A DNA stretch of 64,000 bases. It comes from Ylistrum balloti. Its lineage: Eukaryota. Within the stretch, counting starts at the first letter, position 1. Every line of letters begins with the position of its first letter. The stretch spans positions 434,001 to 498,000 of the forward strand of contig NW_026782771.1 of the NCBI RefSeq assembly GCF_031769215.1, read 5' to 3'. Positions 10,181-24,600 of the stretch are shown here, piece by piece. The position numbers and the translations under genes were made by a program. The notes beneath the pieces were generated by a model. The model did no database searches. It saw only the letters and a list, made by a program, of their open reading frames with translations, and was not told where the DNA came from.

Positions 10181-13100
10181 CAGCCTCTAATTGATGACTG
10201 TTTTCACTCATTCAGCCTCTAATTGATGATGTTTGTGCTGTTTTCACTCATTCAGCCTCTAATTGATGTCTGTTCCATTCTAATCTACTATCTCCTCCGT
10301 ACCAGTCTAATTTTCTCTTTACTCCGTCCTCTGTACCTTTCTAATCTTTTGTAACATTTTCAGTATGAACCTCTCTTACATTGTTTTTCCTGATATCCGT
10401 ATCTGTTTGATTAATGAAGCTATACCACGTTTTAGGCTTTCTATCTGTTCACTCATTCAGCCTCTAATTGATGACTGTTTTTAGGCTTTCACTCTTTTCA
10501 CTCATTCAGCCTCTAATTGATGACTGTTTTTAGGCTTTCTCTCTTTTCACTCATTCTGCCTCTAATTGATGACTGTTTTTAGGCTTTCTATCTGTTCACT
10601 CATTCAGCCTCTAATTGATGACTGTTTTCACTCATTCAGCCTCTAATTGATGACTGTTTTCACTCATTCAGCCTCTGACTGATGTCTGTTTTTAGGCTTT
10701 CTATCTGTTCACTCATTCAGCCTCTAATTGATGACTGTTTTCACTCATTCAGCCTCTAATTGATGACTGTTTTCACTCATTCAGCCTCTAATTGATGTCT
10801 GTTTTTAGGCTTTCTATCTGTTCACTCATTCAGCCTCTAATTGATGACTGTTTTCACTCATTCAGCCTCTAATTGATGGATGTTTTTAGGCTTTCTATCT
10901 TTTCACTCATTCAGCCTCTAATTGATGTCTGTTTTTAGGCTTTCTATCTTTTCACTCATTCAGCCTCTAATTGATGTCTGTTTTTAGGCTTTCTATCTGT
11001 TCACTCATTCAGCCTCTAATTGATGACTGTTTTTAGGCTTTCACTCTTTTCACTCATTCAGCCTCTAATTGATGAATGTTTTTAGGCTTTCTCTCTTTTC
11101 ACTCATTCAGCCTCTAATTGATGACTGTTTTTAGGCTTTCTATCTGTTCACTCATTCAGCCTCTAATTGATGACTGTTTTCACTCATTCAGCCTCTAATT
11201 GATGACTGTTTTCACTCATTCAGCCTCTAATTGATGTCTGTTTTTAGGCTTTCTATCTGTTCACTCATTCAGCCTCTAATTGATGACTGTTTTCACTCAT
11301 TCAGCCTCTAATTGATGACTGTTTTCACTCATTCAGCCTCTAATTGATGTCTGTTTTTAGGCTTTCTATCTGTTCACTCATTCAGCCTCTAATTGATGAC
11401 TGTTTTCACTCATTCAGCCTCTAATTGATGACTGTTTTAGGCTTTCTATCTGTTCACTCATTGATCCTCTAATTGATGACTGTTTTCACTCATTCAGCCT
11501 CTAATTGATGTCTGTTTTTAGGCTTTCTATCTGTTCACTCATTCAGCCTCTAATTGATGACTGTTTTCACTCATTCAGCCTCTAATTGATGACTGTTTTT
11601 AGGCTTTCTATCTGTTCACTCATTCAGCCTCTAATTGATGACTGTTTTCACTCATTCAGCCTCTAATTGATGTCTGTTTTTAGGCTTTCTATCTGTTCAC
11701 TCATTCAGCCTCTAATTGATGACTGTTTTCACTCATTCAGCCTCTAATTGATGTCTGTTTATAGGCTTTCTATCTGTTCACTCATTCAGCCTCTAATTGA
11801 TGACTGTTTTCACTCATTCAGCCTCTAATTGATGACTGTTTTCACTCATTCAGCCTCTAATTGATGACTGTTTTCACTCATTCAGCCTCTAATTGATGAC
11901 TGTTTTCACTCATTCAGCCTCTAATTGATGTCTGTTTTTAGGCTTTCTATCTGTTCACTCATTCAGCCTCTAATTGATGACTGTTTTCACTCATTCAGCC
12001 TCTAATTGATGACTGTTTTTAGGCTTTCTATCTGTTCACTCATTCAGCCTCTAATTGATGTCTGTTTTTAGGCTTTCTATCTGTTCACTCACTCATTCAG
12101 CCTCTAATTGATGACTGTTTTCACTCATTCAGCCTCTAATTGATGTCTGTTTTTAGGCTTTCTATCTGTTCACTCATTCAGCCTCTAATTGATGACTGTT
12201 TTCACTCATTCAGCCTCTAATTGATGTCTGTTTTTAGGCTTTCTATCTGTTCACTCATTCAGCCTCTAATTGATGACTGTTTTCACTCATTCAGCCTCTA
12301 ATTGATGTCTGTTTTTAGGCTTTATATCTGTTCACTCATTCAGCCTCTAATTGATGACTGTTTTCACTCATTCAGCCTCTAATTGATGACTGTTTTCACT
12401 CATTCAGCCTCTAATTGATGGATGTTTTTAGGCTTTCTATTTGTTCCCTCATTCAGCCTCTAATTGATGACTGTTTTCACTCATTCAGCCTCTAATTGAT
12501 GTCTGTTTTTAGGCTTTCTATCTGTTCACTCATTCAGCCTCTAATTGATGACTGTTTTCACTCATTCAGCCTCTAATTGATGTCTGTTTTTAGGCTTTCT
12601 ATCTGTTCACTCATTCAGCCTCTAATTGATGGATGTTTTTAGGCTTTCTATCTGTTCACTCATTCAGCCTCTAATTGATGGATGTTTTTAGGCTTTCTAT
12701 CTGTTCACTCATTCAGCCTCTAATTGATGACTGTTTTCACTCATTCAGCCTCTAATTGATGGATGTTTTTAGGCTTTCTATCTGTTCACCCATTCAGCCT
12801 CTAATTGATGGATGTTTTTAGGCTTTCTATCTGTTCACTCATTCAGCCTCTAATTGATGGATGTTTTTAGGCTTTCTATCTGTTCACTCATTCAGCCTCT
12901 AATTGATGACTGTTTTCACTCATTCAGCCTCTAATTGATGACTGTTTTTAGGCTTTCTATCTGTTCACTCATTCAGCCTCTAATTGATGACTGTTTTCAC
13001 TCATTCAGCCTCTAATTGATGACTGTTTTCACTCATTCAGCCTCTAATTGATGACTGTTTTTAGGCTTTCTATCTGTTCACTCATTCAGCCTCTAATTGA

Positions 13101-14262
13101 TGACTGTTTTCACTCATTCAGCCTCTAATTGATGACTGTTTTTATGCTTTCTATCTGTTCACTCATTCAGCCTCTAATTGATGTCTGTTTTTAGGCTTTC
13201 TATCTGTTCACTCATTCAGCCTCTAATTGATGACTGTTTTCACTCATTCAGCCTCTAATTGATGACTGTTTTCACTCATTCAGCCTGTAATTGATGACTG
13301 TTTTTAGGCTTTCTATCTGTTCACTCATTCAGCCTCTGATTGATGACTGTTTTCACTCATTCAGCCTCTAATTGATGTCTGTTCACTCATTCAGCCTTGA
13401 TTGATGACTGTTTTCACTCATTCAGCCTCTAATTGATGTTTATAGGCTTTCTGTTTTCACTCATTCAGCCTCTAATTGATGACTGTTTTCACTCATTCAG
13501 CCTCTAATTGATGACTGTTTTCACTCATTCAGCCTCTAATTGATGACTGTTTTCACTCATTCAGCCTCTAATTGATGGATGTTTTTAGGCTTTCTATCTG
13601 TTCACTCATTCAGCCTCTAATTGATGTCTGTTTTTAGGCTTTCTATCTGTTCACTCATTCAGCCTCTAATTGATGACTGTTTTCACTCATTCAGCCTCTA
13701 ATTGATGTCTGTTTATAGGCTTTCTATCTGTTCACTCATTCAGCCTCTAATTGATGTCTGTTTTTAGGCTTTCTATCTTTTCACTCATTCAGCCTCTAAT
13801 TGATGTCTGTTTTTAGGCTTTCTATCTTTTCACTCATTCAGCCTCTAATTGATGGATGTTTTTAGGCTTTCTATATGTTCACTCATTCAGCCTCTGATTG
13901 ATGACTGTTTTCACTCATTCAGCCTCTAATTGATGACTGTTTTCACCCATTGAGCCTCTAATTGATGACTGTTTTCACTAATTCAGCCTCTAATTGATGA
14001 CTGTTTTCACTCATTCAGCCTCTAATTGATGACTATTTTCACCCATTGAGCCTCTAATTGATGACTGTTTTCACCCATTCAGCCTCTAATTGATGACTGT
14101 TTTCACCCATTGATCCTCTAATTGATGACTGTTTTCACCCATTGAGCCTCTAATTGATGACTGTTTTTACTAATTCAGCCTCTAATTGATGACTGTTTTC
14201 ACCCATTCAGCCTCTAATTGATGACTGTTTTCACCCATTCAGCCTCTAATTGATGACTGTTT
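10181..14262. repeat. 32/49-bp satellite (CAGCCTCTAATTGATGACTGTTTTCACTCATT and a longer TTTTTAGGCTTTCTATCTG variant)
   Basis: Direct periodicity; continuous from ~10450, with roughly 90-100 monomers (estimate). Confidence 0.97.
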
Positions 14263-15539
14263 TTTGTTCTTTGATTGGTTTGTATTATGATTTATTTAAG
14301 ACATATTTTGTTCTTGATATTTTTGTTCCGTTTAATGATTCATTTTTTCAATTTTATTCCCATCGTGTCCTAAAAGCTATATATGTTTAATTGTTGATAT
14401 ATCAGATATATTTAAAATTAATTCATCTGTCAATTTTGAAGAAAAAATTAGTTTCGTTCTTTAACTTGTCGATTTTGTAACCGTTAGTCTCTTTTTACCT
14501 CTGTCTTTCTGGGTCGGACTTGTACATTTTCTCTTCTATGTAAATAATTCACACGTGCACGGTACTCTCGTATGATTGTCTCTATGTTAGATAGCATTAC
14601 TTCCCTTGTAATTCTTTAATGCGGAACTCTAAGCTTTAAAACGTTGGCACAGTACCCAAAGCATTGTAGCGATCGTAAACTCAACTGGTATTGAATGAAT
14701 CGATAAACATTCTGTATCGTATTGTCCTAATTGATTTTTTTTCAAGTTACACTACAAAAACAAACAGGCAATTTTTATTTGAAACCGATCTAACAATTTG
14801 AATTAGTGGTTCAAACGTATATATATATAGGGTCAGAGTTAGGATATATATTTGAAACGTTTTAGCAAAAATCGTCATTTTTTCACAAACTGGTTTGAAT
14901 TTTTTCAGCAAATTGAAACTATTTGATCGACGATCCGAGCACTATTAACCGATCTAGGCGAGTGCTTATGCAATTTCACAAACTAAACATGATACATCAA
15001 TACTTTAATGGAGGTATTTAATCGATAGTAAACGTTGAAGTGTATGATGCATTGGCGTTGTGTATACAGAGAACCCTATTCTGATCAGATTAACTACTCC
15101 GATTAAAACTTATTTGAAGTTTTCCATATTTTTTTTGACAAGTCATATATTGCCCGACAAACGGATGTATCTTATTAGCAACATAATATTTTTACCAGCA
15201 TATTTATTTTATAACGTATATTAATGATTAACATATATGTTTTTAATATGAGTATATAAATGTCACATAAAAGTATAATGAGTATTTGTATATATATACC
15301 TATGAACTCCGCTCTGTGCATACATTTGAGGTATGGGGTCAGCGCGCGCTGTCATTTGAGTATACCCAGTTACCGATGACACAATCTATGATTCTATAGC
15401 CAGAGGATCACGTTCATGTTTACAGGTGTGCACTAAGGTAAGAATTCTGAATTCGTTTTATTTTCACCGTAACATACAATACGTACCTTGCAGTGAAAAT
15501 TGTGTATTTTGTAAGACGTCTGTGCGCACGACTTAAGCA

Positions 15540-15635
15540 TTAGGGGCGGTAGTGTGGGTGTCTATGGAGCTTCTGCACCCTAGCAACAGGACGCCATGTC
15601 GTTAGTTACCTACTTCTACCTGTAGACTACACAAG
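15540..15635 (+). promoter_or_regulatory. Candidate RFX-type promoter with a non-coding first exon
   Basis: CCCTAGCAACAG (15578-15589, RFX half-site type) in a locally GC-rich patch, ending in the donor CAAG|GTAAGA at 15636. No ATG in the tektin-compatible frame. Confidence 0.45.
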
Positions 15636-18600
15636 GTAAGAGGAGCGATTCATATTTCTCTTGATGAAAACCTGTTTATTTCACGTACTGTTATATGAAA
15701 TATATTCTAACATGCTTTTTCTCACTTTCTGTCTACTTACTGAAGTAATATTCACCATTAGTAGTTTTACAAACGTTCGTGTAATTATTTAAAGGGACAC
15801 TGGTATCAAGTGTCAACGAAGTAGCTATTGAGTTTGTCGATGCATGCAGTTCACTTTACAAATTTATTTACAGTTAAATTGCTTAATGTGCTTGTAATGC
15901 TAATTGAAATATCGAATCAAGTCGGGAATTTATATAAATTTGATTTATTACAGCGTTCGATTTAATTCAGTGGATACTTTGTTGGGGCTCTGTATGATCC
16001 TAACCCTATGTTTCCCATTACGAGAAGTTTTTCATTCGTTCTGACTAAATCACTTTATGAATTCTGCAATATCTATTATTTGACATATCTATAATATTTG
16101 CATAAGGAAAACAATAATAAATCTGTATCATGTATAAAGTTTATTACAAAAATTCAGGAAGAATGTGAATGGTTCCAATTTGGTCTACCTCTTATCCCTG
16201 TACACGTCCTTATTCTGTGTTATCTAAGATTTCTCGCCCATGAAAGGTAGTACATATTTCTTTCGATCTGTGTACCACAAACCACTTAACACCATGTACC
16301 TGGGGGCTGTAATCAATGAGAAGGAGACTGCTATATGTACCAGCTACCCTACACTAACTGTACACGGCGTCCCGGAATAACACTAGATAAGCCTTCCTCA
16401 TTGTCTCAAAACATGTCGAATAGACGAGTTCAATTAGCCCAGAACTCTTGTCTGTTTTTAAGAAATATCAGTTAACTATGAAAAAATAACATATCAATTG
16501 TCTAAATTCAATTATTTATGAAAGAATAATTAACAGTTTCGTTGATCATTTTACTACTTTTCCGTGGCTATTGACTATTAGAGATGTAGTAAATCTTTAT
16601 TCTACATAAAAATGTTGAGCTAGTTAAGGAAGTTGCATGATTTTTCTCTGCTTAAACCATTGGTTACCGAATTGTTAAACAATTACCCATTTGGAAGGGG
16701 CACATTCCAATCAGTTCTTATCTGTCATTATCACAATTTTTCAATACTATGATAATGTCGGCAGATTTGTGATTTTGCAATATTTTTATCATCAGCCATC
16801 TTGTTTAGGTAAGTTATTTTCATATGTGTATAGCCGATGATATAACCCATAACACATATACCCTGCCCCTCAGGAGTGGGCAATAATCCGAATATTCAAT
16901 TTTGACGGTGTGTTCGATGTCTACCTAGCCCTTCTCGTGAATAGCAGCTAACCATATTTAAATTGTAAAACCATATTTACATATTTTGCCAGACTCGATA
17001 ACGCAAACTTTAATACGAATTTAGCAAGTTCTTCAAGCGAAAAAAAAAACACAGTAGAAATCGTTTGATAACGTCTCAATGCCAGTATGACACATCTACG
17101 ATAATCTTATAAAACATCTTTTGTATCGTACACTTGAAACTGAAATAGATGTTTGCCTGCACTTGATTTCTAGAAAATATCAACTTAAACAAATATAACG
17201 ATAAATGATAAAAGCATTTTTATTCGTGGTCACCTTGAATGGGAATTAACTGGCAAACCTTTGTCCTGATTAAACATACATTGATTTATATCGGTAGTGT
17301 ATAAGAAAAAGAGCAACATTTCCTTAACAAGTTTGTGTAAGAGTGCGTGAGTTCCGTTTCCCTCAGTAAAATAATCATGGCTGATACATAAGATCAATAG
17401 GTTCCAGGTTTTTAGAATATCGATCTACGGTAAGACCTTGACTATAGTTCGATCGACATAACCCTATTGTATAATATGCATTGTCATAGGTGTGGAAAAA
17501 GTAGCCGTATTTTATCTTCTGTTGTTTGTTTATGTCCCTTCAAGCTGTTAGTGGGAGACTTTACGGCTGTGCGAGCTAACCCGGTGGCTTATTTTCTTAA
17601 ATCTATAAGTGGGATGGGTTATATCAAATATGTTAATCTGTAACAATTAGGTAATGACTCGTTATATATACGGGTTTGTAAACTTTCATCTTATATAAGA
17701 TATGTTAATCTGCACGGATAAGATAATAGATACATCTGTTTAAGACACTCTGTATGATAGTCTGGTTTGTCTATGATTTAGTGAAGGACTACAGCTAAGC
17801 CTAGGAGATATATACTGATGTGAAGATATGTTGTTACGATATTAAATCAACTGTTTAGATATCTACATTTGACCTTTGTCTGTAGGTGATTCATAATATT
17901 CAGTACACCTGAAATCTCTCCCGAGTTTGTTTGATCGAGAGGTAGATAGGGATATACATTTATTACCTGTGACATTTCTCACAGCTAGGAAGATGGGATT
18001 TAGAAATATGACTTACATTTATAACCTGTGAAATCTTTAACAGCTAATATGGTTGTAAATACTATCATTATAGTAACTAGAGGAACAATACGTGTTGTCA
18101 GGAAAGTCCATTACGGCTCTTGTGTATGTCATTCCATTCCAAACAAGCCGTGATACGTTCTCAACACAGGAGAGAGTTTTAGAAGCACCGGCACTAAGTA
18201 TGAACAATGCTATCACTTTAAAAGCTTCATGCTGTCAACAGGACCAGTTTGTAATGCATTTTCAGCTTAATTTGTATACTATCTTAGTTTTCTTTTGAAA
18301 CGAAACAAATATTTTAGTATTGTTTTACCTCCGACTTCAAATAATTTTATTCTTAAAACTAATAATGTATTTGTAAAATCTATACTTACAGATGTGCGAC
18401 TGAATAGATTCTTGTTTTAACCTGTTTGTTAACTTGGTAGATCTAATTTGATTTTAAAATCCATTTATTCTATTACAGTAGTGAAAGTAAACAAAACACA
18501 CATATGTACGATTAAGTTCCAGTATATATAGACCTTTAACATATTTTTCTTGTTGAGTCAACATCTTCCTAATCCAGCACAGTCACTAGTATACGTTTCG

Positions 18601-21600
18601 ATACAAATGGTAAAATCACATTACAATGGTACACAGTACTCGTTGTACAGGTAAAGGCTTCGTTTATGTCAGACAATAGCAGTATATAACACGAAAATTG
18701 GAAATGAGATTACATTTTCTTTAAGTAAAAGGATTGGTAGGCCGCAGTTTACCAAGTGTAATACGGAATAGAATGGTCCTTTTTTAATATGTATATATAT
18801 ACATAATGTGTATTAAACATTTTGTAAGCGTATTAAGCTTGACCCAATGACCGTTAAACATTAAGTTGACCATCAAAATTGTAGGGATAGAGATTACATG
18901 CTGGATGAACAGTACAAAACCAGCACTGTGTATTGAATATATAAAGGTGATCACATTAATTAAAAACATTATATTGACGTACCGATCGCTCATACTTCGT
19001 ATAGATTTCCAAGGTCTTCCAAAATGTATAATGGGTTCCCTTATTCGAAGATATCAGTTTAATGTTCCGTCTTTGATTATTGAGGTTTAACAAATTCAAA
19101 ACAGTTAGGTTTCCTCTTTCCGTTAAAAAATTCACTAAATTAAATGCCACTACTTTTAATCAGATCTAATTCATATCGGTAATTACAATCTTAGATCTGA
19201 TTTCGGATTTAAACGATATAAGGTAATGTTATACCTTAAACGTGACTGGTACAGTAAACAGATTGATATTCATGGAAGATCTCTGAAGTTATTGTTCTTC
19301 ATTAAAAACGAAATCAGATTCATAGTTATATTCGACATGTAGGTATAAATGAAATCATGTACTGCGGGAATATCCAAAAGATAGATTTGGTATTAGATAG
19401 AAGGAATTTGTAACGTTAAATGTTATCTCCTGCAGATGGTGAAGCGTTTTTTTGGAAATAAAGATATTCTAAAGTTTCAGACTATTGGGCGTTGAAAGGT
19501 TAAAAATCATACTACCTACCAGAAATAAAGGTAATCATGATCTTTGTCAGTATTCGGGGCTTATTTGATGTTGTTAAGCAAGTTCTGACGCTAGGCGTGG
19601 CAACCGTCCCGATACAGCCAATGAACCAACAAGATAATGAAATCCAATGCCAAAAAAGTTTTGGACAATCAATTATGGATGTTTCATCGACATTGGAAGA
19701 GTGGTAACCTAGCGATGGGTTAATGATGCAGCTAGTTTGTATCGGCATAATCCCTGGGGACATTTATTGGGTGTTCGTCAAGGGTGATTAAGGCAACAAT
19801 AATGGCGGGTATCCTGAGTATTGATCTAGAATCTTCCTGTACCAATTTCCTACCTGAATATTAATTAGAAACTAGCTTCCATGTATTAAATTATCGATAC
19901 ACGGCACCAGGGTATTGTGGTCAATATCAATGGTCAGTACAAACTGGTCAATTAATCTGGAATCGAACTAGTAAGCTGCTGGTCCTTTCTTATTCCACTC
20001 CGGGGACAAAAGCTTTCACTATATCGTAACAAAACCTTACAATATACATTAATTTCACATTCTGTTTAAGGGTTACGTGTTAAATGTTGTATAAAGATAT
20101 TTCACTAGTCGTCATCTCATTTCAAGTCGCCTGTAATTTATTTTAATGTTTAGTGTATGTATTAGTTAGCGGTATCTCAGCTTAGTAACCCGATCCTGTA
20201 GCCCTAACTCCAACAACAAGGCGCGTGCCAGCTTTCTGTGCCAAATATAGTACACGACATATGACATCAGCGGTAACAGAAACGGATACTTTGACCCTTG
20301 ACAGGTTACAAAAAAGAACTTTAGCACTTATCGTTAGGGAAATGTGTTAAAGTATTATTCAGTACTGGTAACGGCTGTGAAATGGTGGATCTGTTGGAAA
20401 TGTTAGCGAATATGGGATTGTCTTATTCATTTGGTATGCAAAAGCCGCATTTTTATCTGTATTAAGCAGACGTCACTCATTTTATATGGCATGAAGCCAG
20501 GTATAGCTTGAGCTTTTCAGAGGTGGGCCCCTATGTGCAGACATATTAGACTAATACCCAGGTAGTACCAAGGTACATGGCTAGTAGTGGTTTACATAAA
20601 CCATTCGCTGAATGTACCTTGTTTCTCCTAAGTCTGGATTTAAATCGTTCGATAGCTGAATGCATCACATTCTTGTGCAAGCAATAGTATTCCTGAGGAA
20701 ATTACCGAAGTATTTGATGTTAATATTTGCAATGCAAAAGCTGCGGGAGTGCCTAAATGAAGACAATAATGCTTCGTGTTATAAATTGAGATTAAAACAG
20801 CAACGAAATTGTAAGTTACGACCAGACTGAAAGCGTCACTGGGTCAAGTCGTCTTTTGTATTTATAGGATCATACTATGGATTTGTATATTAGGTATAGT
20901 ATTCCAATTACCATGGATTTGTTTATTTGGTATTGTATATTCGGTAGAATATTTCACTTATCATAGATATGTATATTCGGTAAAATATTCCTTTTATCAT
21001 TTCTATGTAAATTCAGTAAATTTGTACAATATGCTGTATTTTTGTTGCATTAGTAAATTGCTTAAGTGAGTTGGACGTTTGATTTCTACTTATGAATTGT
21101 ATGGTTAAAAACTTGATAGAGGCAAGCATTAAGAGAATTTATTTTATATGGAGGTATACACTGAGTTGTAAATCACAAGGCGAAGATTTTGCGGAATTAT
21201 ATTTTGCAAAAGTTAACCTATTAATATTACATAGAATTCATTTATAAATGCCAAAATGTTTTTACATAAATTTTCATTGTGCATTTAAACTTTAAACAAT
21301 AAGTGTTTGGTTTCTTATACAACGGGTAATATATATATCAAAATTATGCCAGTTGTTATATGAATTAAAAATACATTTTTAGGTCCGTTCTTCTCTTAAA
21401 TCATTTAGTTATTCATCTTAATTACATCAGATGAAGACATACTTGTTACATGAAAACAGTTAGAATACTGATGAAAGCTATGTTATTGTATCATCGAAAC
21501 TAGATGACGTTGATTTATCAAAACGGATGTTGAAATAACTATACAGATCCTTGTAGTTTCTTTCCGTGTCCACTGAATTAACTATTTTACGCACTTATTC

Positions 21601-24600
21601 CTCTTGTGAAGTAAAGTAAATTCTTCATTCGTCTAGTTTACATTTGTAAATGCCGTAGTCTTTCTCATTGCGTCCGAGGTCAATGAAACCAGTGTTATTT
21701 ATACGTGAACAATATTCATAAAACTAATAGCAATACAGTTTCAATAAGGAAATTAAGTTGCTATTTGAAAGGATCAAACTTGAAATTGATCGCGGATGTG
21801 AAACCATATAGGTCGATTCACTGTTTCAATCCAACAAAACCCCAACAGGTGAAATCGATGTGAAAACAAATAACACGTTGGGAATTTTATCATACCACAT
21901 GTTTGCAGCGATAAAAACATTAAAAATTAAATAAATTTGTCAAATGAATTACAATAACTGAGTCAGAGTTAAATCCAATTTTGAGCAGTCACGTCAACAA
22001 CGGTTGATAAAATACAATGCAATACAAAATTTCTCACAAATCAATAATGCTCTCGTTCTGACACAATTAAAGATAGGTAGCTCACAATGAACTGTGTATG
22101 GACATTTCAAAGCAGCAAAGCTTAATAGAAAAGACCATTCTGTATGAAGATAAAAGCTCCCCGTTGAGTTAGGATTTGTTCAGGTCAAAAGGTCAAGTGA
22201 TAATATTTACTCAGAATTTAATATCGTCAGGCGAAAAGGTTATATATAAAATGTTGGTAGTGAAAGACCTCTTGAAATCTGTGCTAATAAACAAAGCTGT
22301 TTATTCTTTGGTCGTGCAGATGGAAATGATGTACCAGGGACAAACTTTTAAGTCGGTTATGAGACTGATAGTCAGAGCTATTTGGCTTTGTGCATTAATC
22401 AAAATGTATTGATCATTAACAATACCTAAATGAATTGATAAAATTTAATTTTAGGCTCATATCAGGCAAATACCTCACATTATTTACTAATTAGGTTATA
22501 ATAAACATGTTGTTCAGTTGTTTACATGCTTTTGTTCTAAATTAACTTTTGATTTAGTTCTAGAAAAAGTCATTTATTCACTAAGACAGATAGGAAAATG
22601 TATATATGTGTATAAAGTTGTCAAGTCTGGGTAGCTACTAAATACAAAACAGTACAGGTGTTTCAACATTGAACTGATTGTAAAATCCCCGGTCGTTTAC
22701 GATATATCTTTATTTGTGTTAGTATTCGTTCGCCAGGTTCCCTTAACCGATAGCACTGTAGACTGCTTAACGATAAGGCAGTGTGACCTGTTCATGTCAC
22801 GTGCCATTTGGGGTAGACTCTAAATCAGTTTTTTGTCTTGTGCCTTTCAGGTTAAGATATGACTTTTTTGGTAAATATAATTATCGGTATATTGTTCTTA
22901 GTTCAGTAGATCGCCCCTTTGTTAAAAGTCGACAGATGAGGTCCCCGATAACAATAGTCTGGCATACAATCATTACAATGCAGGTTTTATAGACGAAGTT
23001 GTTGAGCGCTCTGTTAGATTAAGATATGTAAAATAAATGATTCTTTCACTATATTTCGTGTTATCTTTAAAAAACTAATATTTGGAAACCATTGCATACG
23101 TAAACTTGTTAATCAATCAAGGGAATGTTAAGCTACTGTCAGAAGGTTCGAATGAAATTAAATGTGAGAAACAATGTTGAATGTTGATATGCTTGAGACG
23201 AGTTAATAAGTGGTGGCATATGGTATGCAATACACAGCTGAATAGTTCTACGTCGTATTTAGCTAATGAAGGAGGTGTGAGATACTCGGTAATGTAGACA
23301 ATAAATTGTAATATTTATAGGCTTGTGGACCGTCAACTCTATATAATCACATCTATCATTAGACAAACCAAGTCTCTCGTACATGTTATTATGTATACAT
23401 AATGAATAATCACATATATCAGTGAGTTATTTTGCAATCTCAGCAAAGTTAGTGGTAGTACGCATTAGTTCTGTCCTATTGATTGTGCCTGTACGTGTAT
23501 GTCGAGTAAAATATTAATATTCTTGTCAAGTAGAAATAGCGATCAATTCACACTATATACACAGAACGAATCCGAAAAAAAACACGATCAGGTATTATGA
23601 ATAATTTAAATGGACGTTATTCCAACAAGTAAAGTCTACATGTAAAAAATACGTATAGGTATATACTGAAAAGGCTGTCATTCTGAACTGGTTCTTATTT
23701 TCGCTATTCTTAACCTGTGAAAATAAGACAAATAAAATATGATCATTAAAATCATAGCTGTATTTGCTATGGGCGCGAATGACTGTATTGGATCACAAAA
23801 CATGATGGAAAGTTGCGTCTGATGTGAACATCTCAGTTTTTTCGTGTCTCCTGTAAGTGATTGTCGGAAATTTTTCAAATAGGATGTTTGCTTGTTTTTT
23901 TTTCGTTTTGTCTGTGGTATCTTTAAATCCCATGAGGGAATGAAACTAGAACAGAACAAAACATAATAAGACGAAATTGTTTAAATTATATGTTTATAAG
24001 GAGAACTGGTTTAATAAACTATCAACGTCATTTGTTTATAGGTATATAATATATACATATACAAAACCTAACGAAAAATGGTATTTAATGGTTATAACAT
24101 TGCTTTTTTTGTTCATGCTTACGCAACGTAATTCTACCTTGGGATAATTGACTATGACATGGTGCCAGACTTATTGTCAATTATCTGCGACAAAAGGGAG
24201 CGCCAACTATCGAAATTTATTGGTCAAAGTATATCTTTTGTATTGAAGTATTACGTATTCTACAGATCCACGGTTCATACTGTAACATTTCCTCTTTTGC
24301 CATGGTACTTATGAAATTAGATAGGAAAACGAAAAGAAAAGGAAACAAAGGAATGGAATTAACTAAAGCTGGGTAAATTACATGAGTGAACTTCCGATTG
24401 GCACAATGCAGAACGAATTCTTTGTTTGGACCAGAACAAAGCAAGAAATGTAATGAATAGATAATGTATTGACAGAAGAATAACGGTAGGTTGATTTGAT
24501 CGACCGATATAAATCTGCTTCACCCAGACAACTAAACAGACCCAAAGTTAGTCTATTCGTTCAACACGCTTGTCAAAAGTGAATGACCGTTTTCGTTAGC

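Noticed and set aside
19436-19960. GC-richer patch with an acceptor-like CTGCAG|ATG and short ORFs
   Set aside because: Stops in all frames examined and no recognisable motif; possibly an old transposon remnant.
21470-21505. CTGATGA...CGAAAC hammerhead-like core
   Set aside because: Stem II and the flanking stems cannot be formed by eye.
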